NCBI GenBank assembly: GCA_031556925.1 | Contig: JAVBSF010000184.1 | Span: 1 to 54,987 of the forward strand | Length of the DNA stretch: 54,987 nt | From: Pararhizobium sp. | GTDB taxonomy: Bacteria > Pseudomonadota > Alphaproteobacteria > Rhizobiales > Rhizobiaceae | Direction: 5' to 3' | Shown: piece after piece, positions 28,740 through 39,224 of the stretch | Position numbering within the stretch: the first letter of the stretch is position 1 | How the letters are laid out: every line of letters begins with the position of its first letter | Program-made: the position numbers and the translations under genes | The notes under the pieces: model-generated | What the model saw: only the letters and a program-made list of their open reading frames with translations | Told to the model about the DNA's origin: nothing | Database searches by the model: none

Positions 28740-31430
28740 GTGTCCAAATCCCTTGACAGTTTTAAGTGTCGTTCCACGCTTTCGGTGAACGGCGTAGACT
28801 ATGTCTATTACAGCCTGCCGAAAGCGGAAGCGAACGGTCTCCCGGGCGTTTCCAAACTCCCCTATTCGATGAAGGTACTGCTCGAAAACCTGTTACGCTT
28901 CGAGGATGGCCGCTCGGTCACCAAGGAAAACATCCTTGCCGTCGCCGAATGGCTGAACAACAAGGGCCTCGAAGAAAACGAAATTGCCTATCGTCCGGCC
29001 CGCGTGCTGATGCAGGATTTTACCGGCGTTCCGGCGGTTGTCGACCTCGCAGCCATGCGTGACGGCATCAAGGCGCTCGGCGGCGACCCGGAAAAGATCA
29101 ATCCGCTCGTTCCCGTCGATCTCGTCATCGACCATTCCGTCATCGTCGACGAATTCGGTTCGCCGAACGCCTTTGCCCGCAACGTCGAGCTGGAATACGA
29201 GCGCAATGGCGAGCGCTACCGCTTCCTGAAATGGGGCCAGCAGGCGTTCAAGAATTTTCGCGTCGTGCCGCCCGGCACAGGCATCTGTCATCAGGTCAAT
29301 CTGGAATATCTGGGTCAGACGGTCTGGACCAAGGAAGAAGACGGCGAGATCATCGCCTACCCGGATACGTGCGTCGGGACCGACAGCCACACGACCATGA
29401 TCAATGGTCTCGGCGTTCTCGGCTGGGGGGTGGGCGGCATCGAGGCTGAGGCCGCCATGCTTGGCCAGCCGGTTTCCATGCTTCTGCCCGAGGTCATCGG
29501 TTTCAAGCTGACCGGCAAGCTCAAGGAAGGCGTCACCGCGACCGACCTCGTGCTCATGGTCGTGCAGATGCTGCGCAAGAAGGGTGTCGTCTCGAAGTTC
29601 GTGGAATTCTTCGGTACCGGCCTCGACAACATGACGCTCGCCGACCGCGCCACCATCGGCAACATGGGTCCGGAATACGGCGCGACCTGCGGCTTCTTCC
29701 CGGTCGATTCCGAAACCCTCAACTACCTCACCATGTCCGGGCGCGAAGAGCAGCGCATCGCCCTTGTCGAAGCCTATTCCAAGGCTCAGGGCATGTGGCG
29801 TGAGGGTGACGGTTCCGAGCTTGTCTTCACCGACACGCTTGAGCTCGATCTCGGCGACGTGGTTCCCGCGATGGCCGGCCCGAAGCGTCCGGAAGGCCGC
29901 ATCCCGCTTGAAAACATCGCGTCCGGCTTCGCGTCCGCGCTCGAAAGCGACTACAAGAAGCCCGGTCAGCTCTCGAGTCGCTATGCGGTCGAAGGCACGG
30001 ATTTCGATCTTGGCCATGGCGATGTGGCGATCGCCGCCATTACGTCCTGCACCAACACTTCGAACCCCTCTGTGCTCATCGCTGCCGGCCTTCTCGCCCG
30101 CAACGCCGTCGCCAAGGGCCTGAAAAGCAAGCCCTGGGTCAAGACCTCGCTGGCTCCGGGATCGCAGGTCGTCGCCGAATATCTCGCCAAGTCCGGCCTG
30201 CAGACCGACCTTGACGCGCTCGGCTTCAACCTCGTTGGCTTCGGCTGCACGACCTGCATCGGCAATTCCGGCCCGCTGCCGGCGCCGGTGTCGAAGACCA
30301 TCAACGACAAGGGCCTGATCGCTGCCGGCGTTCTCTCCGGCAACCGTAACTTCGAAGGCCGTATCTCGCCGGATGTTCAGGCGAACTACCTGGCCTCGCC
30401 GCCGCTGGTCGTTGCCTATGCGCTGGCCGGCACGGTGCAGAAGGATCTGACCAGCGAGCCGCTCGGGGAAGACCGGAACGGAAATCCGGTCTACCTCAAG
30501 GACATCTGGCCGACCTCGAAGGAAATTCAGGAGTTCATCTACAAATACGTTACCCGCGAACTCTATGCGACGAAGTATGCCGACGTCTTCAAGGGCGACG
30601 CCAACTGGCAGGCGGTTCAGGTTCCGGCCGGCCAGACCTATGCCTGGGACGACAACTCGACCTATGTTCAGAACCCGCCATACTTCGTCGGCATGGGCAA
30701 GAAAGGCTCCGGTATCTCCGACATCAAGGGTGCGCGTATCCTTGGCCTGTTCGGCGACAAGATCACCACCGACCATATTTCCCCGGCCGGTTCGATCAAG
30801 GCGGCATCGCCGGCCGGTGCTTATCTCACCAGCCACGGTGTCGGTGTGGCCGACTTCAACCAGTACGGCACGCGTCGCGGCAACCACGAAGTGATGATGC
30901 GCGGCACCTTCGCCAATATTCGCATCCGCAACCATATGCTCGGCCCGAACGGCAAGGAAGGCGGCTACACCATCCACTATCCGTCCAAGGAAGAGATGTC
31001 GATCTACGACGCGGCCATGAAATACAAGGAAGAGGGCGTGCCGCTCGTCATCTTCGCCGGTGTCGAATACGGCAACGGCTCGTCGCGTGACTGGGCAGCC
31101 AAGGGCACCAATCTTCTCGGGGTCAAGGCCGTCATCGCCCAGTCCTTCGAGCGTATCCACCGCTCCAACCTCGTCGGCATGGGCATCGCGCCCTTCGTCT
31201 TCGAGGAAGGCACGACCTGGGAGACGCTCGGCCTCAAAGGCGACGAGCTTGTCACCATCGACAACCTCGCCAACGTCCAGCCGCGCGAGAAGCGCATCGC
31301 CCGGATCACCTATGCCGATGGTTCCGTGAAGGACGTGCCGCTGATCTGCCGTATCGATACGCTCGATGAGGTTACCTACATGAACAATGGCGGTATCCTG
31401 CAGACTGTCTTGCGCGATCTGGCGGCTTGA
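28740..31430 (+). CDS. acnA: Aconitate hydratase A
   Basis: 896 aa, GTG start. [56 protein letters not shown]. Confidence 0.98.
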   Translation: MSKSLDSFKCRSTLSVNGVDYVYYSLPKAEANGLPGVSKLPYSMKVLLENLLRFEDGRSVTKENILAVAEWLNNKGLEENEIAYRPARVLMQDFTGVPAVVDLAAMRDGIKALGGDPEKINPLVPVDLVIDHSVIVDEFGSPNAFARNVELEYERNGERYRFLKWGQQAFKNFRVVPPGTGICHQVNLEYLGQTVWTKEEDGEIIAYPDTCVGTDSHTTMINGLGVLGWGVGGIEAEAAMLGQPVSMLLPEVIGFKLTGKLKEGVTATDLVLMVVQMLRKKGVVSKFVEFFGTGLDNMTLADRATIGNMGPEYGATCGFFPVDSETLNYLTMSGREEQRIALVEAYSKAQGMWREGDGSELVFTDTLELDLGDVVPAMAGPKRPEGRIPLENIASGFASALESDYKKPGQLSSRYAVEGTDFDLGHGDVAIAAITSCTNTSNPSVLIAAGLLARNAVAKGLKSKPWVKTSLAPGSQVVAEYLAKSGLQTDLDALGFNLVGFGCTTCIGNSGPLPAPVSKTINDKGLIAAGVLSGNRNFEGRISPDVQANYLASPPLVVAYALAGTVQKDLTSEPLGEDRNGNPVYLKDIWPTSKEIQEFIYKYVTRELYATKYADVFKGDANWQAVQVPAGQTYAWDDNSTYVQNPPYFVGMGKKGSGISDIKGARILGLFGDKITTDHISPAGSIKAASPAGAYLTSHGVGVADFNQYGTRRGNHEVMMRGTFANIRIRNHMLGPNGKEGGYTIHYPSKEEMSIYDAAMKYKEEGVPLVIFAGVEYGNGSSRDWAAKGTNLLGVKAVIAQSFERIHRSNLVGMGIAPFVFEEGTTWETLGLKGDELVTIDNLANVQPREKRIARITYADGSVKDVPLICRIDTLDEVTYMNNGGILQTVLRDLAA

Positions 31431-31450
31431 GGCGCTTATCTGAAAGATCG

Positions 31451-31477
31451 AGCCGGGGTCATGTGCCCCGGCTTTTT
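31451..31477 (+). terminator. Rho-independent terminator of acnA
   Basis: agccgggg-tcatgtg-ccccggct followed by tttt. Confidence 0.8.
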
Positions 31478-31592
31478 CATGCCCGCGTTTACGGTGTCGG
31501 AAGTTTCACTCCAACGTGACTTCCTGTTGAAAGCGCGGCGGCGTATGAAGAGGCGCCTCCACTGTCGATGCCGTCCTGGGAACAGAAACCTG

Positions 31593-32366
31593 ATGCCGTT
31601 TTCATGCCATCTCCGCCGTCTGCTTGTGGCCTGCGCCTTCGGGCTCGCGGCCGTGCCGGTCGCGGCGGGGGATGTGGTTTCGCCGAAGGGCGTGGTCGAG
31701 CTTTTCACCAGCCAGGGCTGTTCCTCCTGTCCGCCGGCCGATGCCGCGCTCAAGAGCCTGATCGACGAGGGCGAGGTTGTCGCGCTCGCCTATCATGTCG
31801 ATTACTGGAACTATCTCGGCTGGGCCGATACGCTCGCGTCCAAGGAAAACACCGCCCGGCAATATGCCTATGCGCGCATGCTCGGCCGCAGCGGCGTCTA
31901 CACGCCGCAGGCTATCCTCAACGGCCGTTCCCATCTGAACGGCGCCGATCTGCCGGGTATCCGCGGCAAGTTGGCTGTGCTGGAAATGTCCGGCAAGGGC
32001 ATGACCGTGCCGGTCACGGCAGCAAGGCGCGGCGACGAGATCGATATTCGCGTCGGTGAAGGCAAGGGCAAGGCCAATGTGGTCGTGGTCTATTTCACGC
32101 GTCAGCAGCAGGTGAACGTCGAGACCGGCGAAAACAGCGGCAAGACGATTTCCTATCTCCATTCCGTCAACGATGTGCAGACGATCGGCATGTGGGACGG
32201 CAGGCCGGCGAGCTTCGTGCTGCCGGCGATGGTGCTCGATGAGGCGCGCAATGACGGCTGCGCCGTGCTGCTGCAGCGGATGAAGGACGGCGAGACGCCC
32301 GGTCCGATCATCGGTGCGACGACCTTGATCTCCGGCGAGAAGGCGGTGGACGCCAAGGCGAACTGA
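31593..32366 (+). CDS. Secreted thioredoxin-like protein (DUF1223)
   Basis: Signal peptide, then VVELFTSQGCSSCPPAD, YHVDYWNYLGW and YTPQ. Start estimated. Confidence 0.85.
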   Translation: MPFSCHLRRLLVACAFGLAAVPVAAGDVVSPKGVVELFTSQGCSSCPPADAALKSLIDEGEVVALAYHVDYWNYLGWADTLASKENTARQYAYARMLGRSGVYTPQAILNGRSHLNGADLPGIRGKLAVLEMSGKGMTVPVTAARRGDEIDIRVGEGKGKANVVVVYFTRQQQVNVETGENSGKTISYLHSVNDVQTIGMWDGRPASFVLPAMVLDEARNDGCAVLLQRMKDGETPGPIIGATTLISGEKAVDAKAN

Positions 32367-32392
32367 TCCGGGCGAACGGATGAGGACGATCC

Positions 32393-32606
32393 GGTCCGGC
32401 AACGCCGAGGGGCTGGGGGCTTAGGTTTCGACGTTGCCGGACCACGCCTTGCCTGCGGACGATTGCCCGGAGGAACGCGGTTTCCGCGGCCGCTGACCGG
32501 AAGGTGCGGCGTTGCGGATGGATATCGCGCAAGGCTCTGGCGGTACTCAAGCTGGCACCCCACGCGAAAGCCGGCGCCTGACTGAAGTAGGGGATCGGGC
32601 ACCGGC
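32393..32606 (-). ncRNA. Candidate structured small RNA in the DUF1223-DUF2794 intergenic region
   Basis: Four hairpins in a row, two with C-rich loops on the minus strand (see findings). Strand and ends are inferred. Confidence 0.45.
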
Positions 32607-32751
32607 GCGACGAGTGTTTCGTCTAATTGGGGCGTGGTTTGGGCTGAATTGCGGCAGCTATTAAAAACCACAGACGATCTTCGCGGCTTGCTTTTCATCA
32701 GGGGTCAGGCACACTGTAACCGTCCTGTCACAATAAAAGGCCGGAAACCTG

Positions 32752-33156
32752 ATGAGCGATGAGCCGGATTTGCAGCACGGCGAAACACGATCTGCGAAGC
32801 AAACGACCGCCGAGGTTGTCGTCGATCTCAACAGTTACCGCAGCGCCCGCGATCCGCTGCCCATCACTTTTCACCGCACCGAGCTCGACCAGATCCTCTG
32901 GGTCTATGGCCGCATGGTCGGTGAGGGCGAGTGGCGCGACTATGCGCTCGACCATATGACCGACAAGGCGGTGTTTTCGGTGTTCAGGCGTTCGGGCGAA
33001 ATGCCGCTCTATCGCATCGAGAAGAACCCGAAGCTGGCGGCAAAACAGGGCGCCTACAGCGTCGTCAACACCCATGGCATGATCCTGAAGCGTGGACATG
33101 AGCTGAAGCAGGTGCTGAAGGTTTTCGACAAGCTGCTGAAGCTCGTCAAAAACTGA
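32752..33156 (+). CDS. DUF2794 family protein
   Basis: FHRTELDQILWVYGRMVGEGEWRDYALD, AVFSVFRR, P.YRIEK.PKL and G.ILKRG..L..VL motifs. Confidence 0.85.
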   Translation: MSDEPDLQHGETRSAKQTTAEVVVDLNSYRSARDPLPITFHRTELDQILWVYGRMVGEGEWRDYALDHMTDKAVFSVFRRSGEMPLYRIEKNPKLAAKQGAYSVVNTHGMILKRGHELKQVLKVFDKLLKLVKN

Positions 33157-33166
33157 TTCGGATCGT

Positions 33167-33724
33167 TCAGCGCTTGTAGAGCGTATCCGGGTACTGTCCC
33201 GATGCGGGTTCGCTGCGCAGTCCCTCACCAAGTTCGAGTTGCATCAACGCGGTATCGAGCCAGCGGCCATGCTTATAGCCGGCTCCCTTCAGGACGCCGG
33301 CTTCCGCAAAACCGAGACTACGGTGCAGCGCCGCCGAGGCAGCGTGAGCGCCACCGATCACGGCCACCATCTGGCGAAAGCCCAGCGCCGTACAGCGGGC
33401 GATGATCTCTTGGAGCAAGGCGCGTCCAACGCCGCGCCCGCGGGCTTGGGGTGCAAGATAGATCGAATCTTCCACCAGAAACCGGTAGGCGGGGCGGGTG
33501 CGAAAAGCGGACGCATAGGCATAGCCGATCAGCCTGCCATCTTCATCGATAGCGGCAATATAGGGGTAGCCATTATCGGTAATCGCCTTGAAGCGGCTTG
33601 CCATCTCTTCCTGCGACGGCGGATCGATTTCGTAGCTCGCAACGCCGTTCAGCACGGACTCTCCATAGATCGCGGCGATGTCTGGAATGTCGGCGGGTGT
33701 GACGTCGCGAAGATGAAAGGGCAT
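33167..33724 (-). CDS. GNAT N-acetyltransferase (Pat/YncA-like)
   Basis: Start MPFHLRD (ATG 33724); GYAYASAFRTRPAYRFLVEDSIY, RGRGVG, GYKHGRWLD. Confidence 0.9.
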   Translation of the reverse strand: MPFHLRDVTPADIPDIAAIYGESVLNGVASYEIDPPSQEEMASRFKAITDNGYPYIAAIDEDGRLIGYAYASAFRTRPAYRFLVEDSIYLAPQARGRGVGRALLQEIIARCTALGFRQMVAVIGGAHAASAALHRSLGFAEAGVLKGAGYKHGRWLDTALMQLELGEGLRSEPASGQYPDTLYKR

Positions 33725-33806
33725 GAGTAAATTCGGCAGACGGTTCATCCTGAATGGAAATGCTCCGGCCTTTTCGTAAAGTCGGAGCGAAAAGGCCGAG
33801 CGGCTC

Positions 33807-34532
33807 TTACGAGAAAAACTGCCCGCCGTTAGCGGAGATCGTCGAACCCGTGATGAAGCCCGCGTCATCGGATGCGAGGAACACCACGCAGCGCGCGATC
33901 TCATCGGGTTCGCCGAGGCGGCCGACGGGGATTTGCGGAATGATGCGCTCGTTCAGCACCTTTTCCGGCACGGCGAGCACCATTTCGGTGCCGATATAGC
34001 CGGGGCAGATGGCGTTGACGGTGATGTTTTTCGCAGCCCCCTCCTGGGCCAAGGCCTTGGTGAAGCCGAGATCGCCGGCCTTGGCGGCCGAATAGTTCGC
34101 TTGTCCCATCTGGCCCTTCTGGCCGTTGATCGAGGAGATATTGATGATGCGGCCGAAGGCGCGGTCGCGCATGCCCGTCCAGACCGGGTGGGTCATGTTG
34201 AAGAGGCCGGTGAGGTTGGTGTCGATCACCTCTTTCCACTGGCCGGGCGTCATCCTGTGGAACATGGCGTCGCGGGTGATGCCGGCATTGTTGACGAGGA
34301 TTTCGATCGGGCCGATGTCCTCCTCCACCTTTGCGATGCCGCCGGCGCAGGCGGCGTAATCGGAAACGTCCCATTTGTACGTCGCGATGCCCGTGACATC
34401 GGAGAAGGCGCGTGCCTTCTCCTCATTGCCGGCATAGGTGGCGGCTACCCTGTAGCCTGCCCCTTTCAAAGCGATCGAAATTGCCGCGCCGATGCCGCGT
34501 GTCCCGCCGGTGACCAATGCTACCCTGCTCAT
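33807..34532 (-). CDS. phbB: Acetoacetyl-CoA reductase
   Basis: SDR motifs TGGTRGIG, NNAGITRD, NGQKGQMGQANYSAAK; downstream of phbA. Confidence 0.96.
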   Translation of the reverse strand: MSRVALVTGGTRGIGAAISIALKGAGYRVAATYAGNEEKARAFSDVTGIATYKWDVSDYAACAGGIAKVEEDIGPIEILVNNAGITRDAMFHRMTPGQWKEVIDTNLTGLFNMTHPVWTGMRDRAFGRIINISSINGQKGQMGQANYSAAKAGDLGFTKALAQEGAAKNITVNAICPGYIGTEMVLAVPEKVLNERIIPQIPVGRLGEPDEIARCVVFLASDDAGFITGSTISANGGQFFS

Positions 34533-34654
34533 GGTATCTTCCCCAGTTTCGGTTGTTTTACGCAGTACGCCGCCGCACGTTGGCAGCGGAGTTCATCCCG
34601 ATCGTTTTGTGCTTGTCGTCAAAGCTCTCCCTTGTGGCGAAACCCTCGGATGGA

Positions 34655-35833
34655 TCAGAAACGCTCGACGCACATGGCGACACCCATGCCGCCGCCGATG
34701 CACAGCGTGGCGAGGCCCTTGGAGACGCCACGACGCTTCATCTCGAACAGCAGCGTGTTGAGCACGCGGGCGCCGGATGCGCCGATCGGGTGGCCGATGG
34801 CGATCGCGCCGCCGTTGACATTGACGATGGCCGGATCCCAGCCAAGATCCTTGTTGACGGCGCAGGCCTGAGCGGCGAAGGCTTCGTTTGCCTCGACGAG
34901 CTCGACATCGCCGACAGACCAGCCGGCCTTTTCCAGCGCCTTGCGCGAAGCCGGGATCGGGCCGGTGCCCATGATCTGCGGATCGACGCCGGCCGTCGCC
35001 CAGGAGACGATCCGGGCCAGCGGCGCGATGCCGCGACGGGAGGCTTCAGCCTCGCTCATCAGAAGGGCGGCAGCCGCGCCATCATTGAGGCCCGAGGCGT
35101 TGGCGGCGGTCACGGTGCCGTCCTTGTCGAAGGCAGGTCGCAGCTTGGCCATGGATTCGAGGGTCGCGCCGTGGCGGATATATTCGTCCTGGTCGACGGT
35201 GATGTCGCCTTTGCGGGTCGAGATGACGAAGGGGATGATTTCGTCGGCGAAGCGGCCGGCCTTCTGGGCGGCTTCCGCCTTGTTCTGCGATCCCAACGCA
35301 AACTGATCCTGCTCGTCGCGGGAAAGCTGCCACTTGCGGGCAACGTTTTCTGCCGTGATGCCCATGTGGTAGCCGTAGAAGGCGTCCGTCAGGCCATCCT
35401 TGATCATCGTGTCGATCATCTTGAAGTCGCCCATCTTCACGCCGCCGCGCAGGTGCGCGCAGTGGGGTGCCATGGACATGGATTCCTGGCCGCCGGCCAC
35501 GATGATCCTGGCATCGCCCGTCGCGATCTGCTGCATGCCGAGCGCGACAGCCCGCAGGCCCGAGCCGCAGAGCTGGTTCATGCCCCAGGCCGTTGCTTCC
35601 TGCGGAATGCCGGCTTTCATCGCGGCCTGCCGCGCCGGATTCTGGCCTTCGCCCGCACCCAACACTTGACCGAGGATCACTTCATCCACTTCGGTCGCCT
35701 CGACGCCCGCACGCTCCAGCACGCCCTTGATAACGGCGGCGCCGAGTTCATGGGCCGGCGTGTTGCCGAACGAGCCGTTGAAGGAGCCGACGGCCGTGCG
35801 GCCGGCGCTTGCGATGACGATGGAATTGCTCAT
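34655..35833 (-). CDS. phbA: Acetyl-CoA acetyltransferase (beta-ketothiolase)
   Basis: [30 protein letters not shown]. Confidence 0.97.
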   Translation of the reverse strand: MSNSIVIASAGRTAVGSFNGSFGNTPAHELGAAVIKGVLERAGVEATEVDEVILGQVLGAGEGQNPARQAAMKAGIPQEATAWGMNQLCGSGLRAVALGMQQIATGDARIIVAGGQESMSMAPHCAHLRGGVKMGDFKMIDTMIKDGLTDAFYGYHMGITAENVARKWQLSRDEQDQFALGSQNKAEAAQKAGRFADEIIPFVISTRKGDITVDQDEYIRHGATLESMAKLRPAFDKDGTVTAANASGLNDGAAAALLMSEAEASRRGIAPLARIVSWATAGVDPQIMGTGPIPASRKALEKAGWSVGDVELVEANEAFAAQACAVNKDLGWDPAIVNVNGGAIAIGHPIGASGARVLNTLLFEMKRRGVSKGLATLCIGGGMGVAMCVERF

Positions 35834-35938
35834 GGCGTGTTTCCTCAGTTTCTCACTTTAGCGGAGACTGGCAAAGGAAAGGACGCAAGTCAAACGCGAT
35901 CACCGTGGCGAACATACGGAATTTTGCAGGTGCGTCGT

Positions 35939-35950
35939 CGCATTGCACAA
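35939..35950 (+). promoter_or_regulatory. Candidate PhaR/AniA binding site in the phbA-phaR divergent promoter region
   Basis: CGCATTGCACAA, a GC-N3-GCA motif within a TGC-rich stretch; PhaR is known to bind such elements upstream of its own gene. Confidence 0.45.
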
Positions 35951-36029
35951 AGAGATTGTCAGAGCGGCGCTTTTGCGGATACTCTCGAAAAACCCAATAA
36001 AGACGGGAGCATGGGTAGAGGAGACCCAC

Positions 36030-36611
36030 ATGGCAAAACACGACGGGCAGATCGTTATAAAAAAATACGCCAACCGCCGGCTCTACAACACCGGAACCAG
36101 CACATATGTAACACTCGACGACCTCGCAGTGATGGTGAAGAAGGGGGAGGAATTCACCGTTCAGGATGCGAAATCGGGAGAGGACATCACGCACTCCGTT
36201 CTGACGCAGATCATCTTCGAGCAGGAATCCAAGACCGGAAACACGCTTTTGCCGGTTTCCTTCCTGCGCCAGCTGATCTCGTTCTATGGCGATCAGATGC
36301 AGATGGTGGTGCCGAGCTATCTCGAACATTCGATGCAGGCCTTCACCGAGCAGCAATCGCAGATGCGCGAGCAGATCAACAAGGCTTTTGGCGATACGCC
36401 GCTCGGCAAGAACCTGCAGGCGCCGCTTCAACTCGTTGAGGAGCAGGTCCGGCGCAATACCGAGATGTTCCACAAGGCGATGCAGATGTTCTCGCCCTTC
36501 ATGGCGGCGGCGCCGCAGGCAAAAGAGCCGCGCAAGGCTGAAGCCAAGGATATCGACGAACTGAAGGAGCAGTTGCGCGCGCTGCAAACCAAGCTCGAAA
36601 ATCTCGGCTAA
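36030..36611 (+). CDS. phaR: PHA synthesis repressor PhaR/AniA
   Basis: ATG 36030 after GAGGAG; IKKYANRRLYNT..STYVTL, DAKSGEDIT, FLRQLI. Confidence 0.95.
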   Translation: MAKHDGQIVIKKYANRRLYNTGTSTYVTLDDLAVMVKKGEEFTVQDAKSGEDITHSVLTQIIFEQESKTGNTLLPVSFLRQLISFYGDQMQMVVPSYLEHSMQAFTEQQSQMREQINKAFGDTPLGKNLQAPLQLVEEQVRRNTEMFHKAMQMFSPFMAAAPQAKEPRKAEAKDIDELKEQLRALQTKLENLG

Positions 36612-36629
36612 CAGGCGAGTCCGAAGGTA

Positions 36630-37037
36630 TTACAACCCGATCGAAACATCGCGGGCAGCGGTGCGCATTGACACCGAAAAGCCCGCGATGACATCGATGA
36701 AGCTGATCGTCATCAGGATGAAGAACACATCCGTCGCGGCGTTGGCGACCAGCAGAAATTCCACCAGAAACACGACGAACAGCACCATCGACAGCAGGTG
36801 GTCGGTGAGTGCCCGCGTGCTGGCGCGTGTCGCCTTCAATATCTCGAAAAACAGGATCACGAGCGCGACGACGATCAGCAGATCGCCCACACTCATCGTC
36901 CAGGCAGCGCCCGACGGCAGGGTCAGCGAGGTGACCGGCTGCTCCAGCATTGCGACGCCCGGCGTGCCGAATACGCCCATAACCCCGATATTGTAGAGGA
37001 TGAAAGGCATGAGCAGCAGCGGTATGGCGGCGATCAT
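36630..37037 (-). CDS. Hypothetical integral membrane protein
   Basis: 135 aa with about four hydrophobic segments, GGAG RBS, and motifs LFFEILKAT and DHLLSM. Confidence 0.75.
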   Translation of the reverse strand: MIAAIPLLLMPFILYNIGVMGVFGTPGVAMLEQPVTSLTLPSGAAWTMSVGDLLIVVALVILFFEILKATRASTRALTDHLLSMVLFVVFLVEFLLVANAATDVFFILMTISFIDVIAGFSVSMRTAARDVSIGL

Positions 37038-37180
37038 CGGCGGGCTTCTCCTGTCTCCGGCGTATATCAGTCATTTCTCATATCGGCGAAATCGTCAATA
37101 TAATCACGACGCGAAGGTAGGGCGGCAGCGCGGAAAGGCCAGCGGGAGCTGAAGCCGTCAGAAAGCGATACGACAAACAG

Positions 37181-37208
37181 AAAAAGGGCCGGCGAAAGCC
37201 AGCCCTTT
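37181..37208 (-). terminator. Rho-independent terminator of rpmF
   Basis: Plus strand aaaaagggccggc-gaaa-gccagcccttt; stem plus U-tract on the minus strand. Confidence 0.75.
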
Positions 37209-37232
37209 GATCCTTGGCCGATAAGACAGCGA

Positions 37233-37418
37233 TTAAGCGCTGGTCTTCGGGGTCAGAACCTGACGACCACGGTACATGCCGGTCTTCAGGTCGATGTGGT
37301 GCGGACGGCGAAGTTCGCCGGAGTTCTTGTCTTCGATGTAAGTCGGGGACTTCAGCGCATCAGCGGAGCGGCGCATGCCGCGCTTCGACGGGCTCGTTTT
37401 TCTTTTCGGTACAGCCAT
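37233..37418 (-). CDS. rpmF: 50S ribosomal protein L32 (cysteine-free type)
   Basis: [18 protein letters not shown]...[21 protein letters not shown]; start at ATG 37418. Confidence 0.97.
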   Translation of the reverse strand: MAVPKRKTSPSKRGMRRSADALKSPTYIEDKNSGELRRPHHIDLKTGMYRGRQVLTPKTSA

Positions 37419-37591
37419 TTTATACTCCACTTATCGGGCAAAACGCTGTTCTGCGGCCAGTCGGTGGCCGGGACAAACAAGCGTCAATCTCGGAATTTGC
37501 CGGGCTTATACATGCCCGACAGGCGTTTGACCAGTCCCTCCCGGCATTTTTTCATGGCGCTGTTGTCGGAAGCCGCATGAACCGCAGGGGT

Positions 37592-38239
37592 TCAGATTTC
37601 GTCTTCCGGCACGATCCATGGTTCCGCAATGGCGGCTTCCTGCCATTTGCGGAAAGCGGGATGGGTTTTCACGGCGTCCATATATTCCAGGGAGACCGGA
37701 TTGCGGGTGAGATCATAGACCTCGAAGCGGCTGACGACCGGTGCGAACATGGCGTCCGCAGCGGAAAAAGCGCCGAAGAGGAACGGACCGCCCGAAACCG
37801 CGATGGCCTCGCGCCAGATGGTTTCGATGCGCTCGATATCGGCGGCGACGCCCTCCTGCAGCGGAACGCCGGACTTCTTGCGGCGGATGTTCATCGGGCA
37901 GGCGCTGCGCAGGGCGCGGAAGCCTGACAGCATTTCCATTGAGTAGCTGCGCGCCCGCGCCCGCTCTTGGCCGTCCTTCGGCCAGAGGCCTGCATCGGGA
38001 AAGAGTTCGGCGGCGTATTCGATGATGGCGAGCGATTCCCAGATGCGTGCTTCGCCATGATGCAGCACCGGTACGCGGCCGGTCGGGGAAACGTCCCGGA
38101 TTTTCGGGTTTCCGGCGGCGAAATCGAAGGGGATCACCACATCTTCGAACGGAATGCCACAGGCTTCGAACGCGATCCAGGGGCGCAGCGACCAGGAGGA
38201 ATAGTTCTTGTTGCCGACATAAAGAACGAGCTTGTTCAT
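37592..38239 (-). CDS. Glutathione S-transferase family protein
   Basis: GNKNYSSWSLRPW, SPTGRVPVL, WESLAIIEY, ADAMFAPV. Confidence 0.93.
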   Translation of the reverse strand: MNKLVLYVGNKNYSSWSLRPWIAFEACGIPFEDVVIPFDFAAGNPKIRDVSPTGRVPVLHHGEARIWESLAIIEYAAELFPDAGLWPKDGQERARARSYSMEMLSGFRALRSACPMNIRRKKSGVPLQEGVAADIERIETIWREAIAVSGGPFLFGAFSAADAMFAPVVSRFEVYDLTRNPVSLEYMDAVKTHPAFRKWQEAAIAEPWIVPEDEI

Positions 38240-38314
38240 TGCATGCGCCTCCGGTTTCAGGGTGCGGTAGCTATAGGAAGTGTATGGATTTCAGGCCAAT
38301 GAAAAGCCCTGATC

Positions 38315-39061
38315 CTACTCATCAAGGCACTTGATATAATCGCCCGAGCGGCTCGCCCGTCCTTCGATCACACCCGCCAGACGCTTTAGGCCGCGTCCCG
38401 GCTTGCCGGCATTGCGCTCGCGCGGGTTGGGAAGCGATACGGCCAGAAGTGCTGCCTGACGGCGCGTGAGCTTTGCGGCCGAAACGCCGAAATGGTGCCG
38501 GGCAGCCGCTTCCGCGCCATAAACCCCTGGTGCCCATTCGGCGATGTTGAGGTAAAGCTCCATCGTGCGCTGCTTGCTCCAGACGAAATCGGCGGCCATG
38601 GCGAGCGGCAGTTCCAGCGCCTTGCGGACGAAGGAACGGCCATTCCACAAGAACAGGTTCTTGGCCGTCTGCATCGGAATGGTTGAGGCGCCGCGCGTGG
38701 ATTCGCCCTCCAGCGCATCGTCGATCACGCCGCGCATCTGCACCCAGTCGACGCCGCCATGCATGCAGAACTGTCCATCTTCCGACATCATGACGGAGCG
38801 CACGAGATTGGGCGATATCTCGTCGAAGGGCACCCACTGCCGGTCGTAGCCGCGCAAGAGAACGAGATCGCGCAACATCAGCGTCGAGATCGGATGCACG
38901 AAACTCGGGGCGTAGAGGATGATCAGGATATAGGGAAGGACGACGAGGCAGGCCAAGACACCAAGAAGCTGCCGCCAACGCTGGCGCAGGAAGCGCATCA
39001 CGGCCGGGCCGCGCCGTTCCGACACGTCCTCTCCGCCTCGATCCTCCGATACGATGTCCAC
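38315..39061 (-). CDS. mtgA: Monofunctional biosynthetic peptidoglycan transglycosylase
   Basis: [49 protein letters not shown]. Start uncertain (GTG 39061 or ATG 38998). Confidence 0.92.
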   Translation of the reverse strand: MDIVSEDRGGEDVSERRGPAVMRFLRQRWRQLLGVLACLVVLPYILIILYAPSFVHPISTLMLRDLVLLRGYDRQWVPFDEISPNLVRSVMMSEDGQFCMHGGVDWVQMRGVIDDALEGESTRGASTIPMQTAKNLFLWNGRSFVRKALELPLAMAADFVWSKQRTMELYLNIAEWAPGVYGAEAAARHHFGVSAAKLTRRQAALLAVSLPNPRERNAGKPGRGLKRLAGVIEGRASRSGDYIKCLDE

Positions 39062-39224
39062 GTCTTCAAGCGCCCGCCCAGAATTACACCGGCCTCTCAT
39101 AAAGCAATGGCGAGCGAAATTGAATGGCTTTCTCTGTGGCAAGGTTACCGCGGCGGTTCCCGCCACAGTTTTGTGACGCAGAATCCCGTTGCCGAGGGCC
39201 GCTGGCCATGCCAAAGAGCCGGCC

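Noticed and set aside
32489-32510. ccggaagg hairpin reminiscent of SRP RNA helix 8
   Set aside because: It lacks the flanking CAGG...AGCAG asymmetric loop and the long closing helix of 4.5S RNA.
32308-32550. 80-aa minus-strand ORF (and 32153-32698) in the DUF1223-DUF2794 spacer
   Set aside because: Arg/Pro-rich, overlaps the DUF1223 3' end and has no clear RBS; RNA structure explains the region better. A small peptide cannot be fully excluded.
34517-36439. 640-aa plus-strand ORF spanning phbA and phaR
   Set aside because: Antisense shadow of phbA continuing in an alternative frame of phaR; no motifs.
37233-37418. L32 without zinc-binding cysteines
   Set aside because: Cysteine-free L32 is usual in this group and does not indicate a zinc-starvation paralogue.
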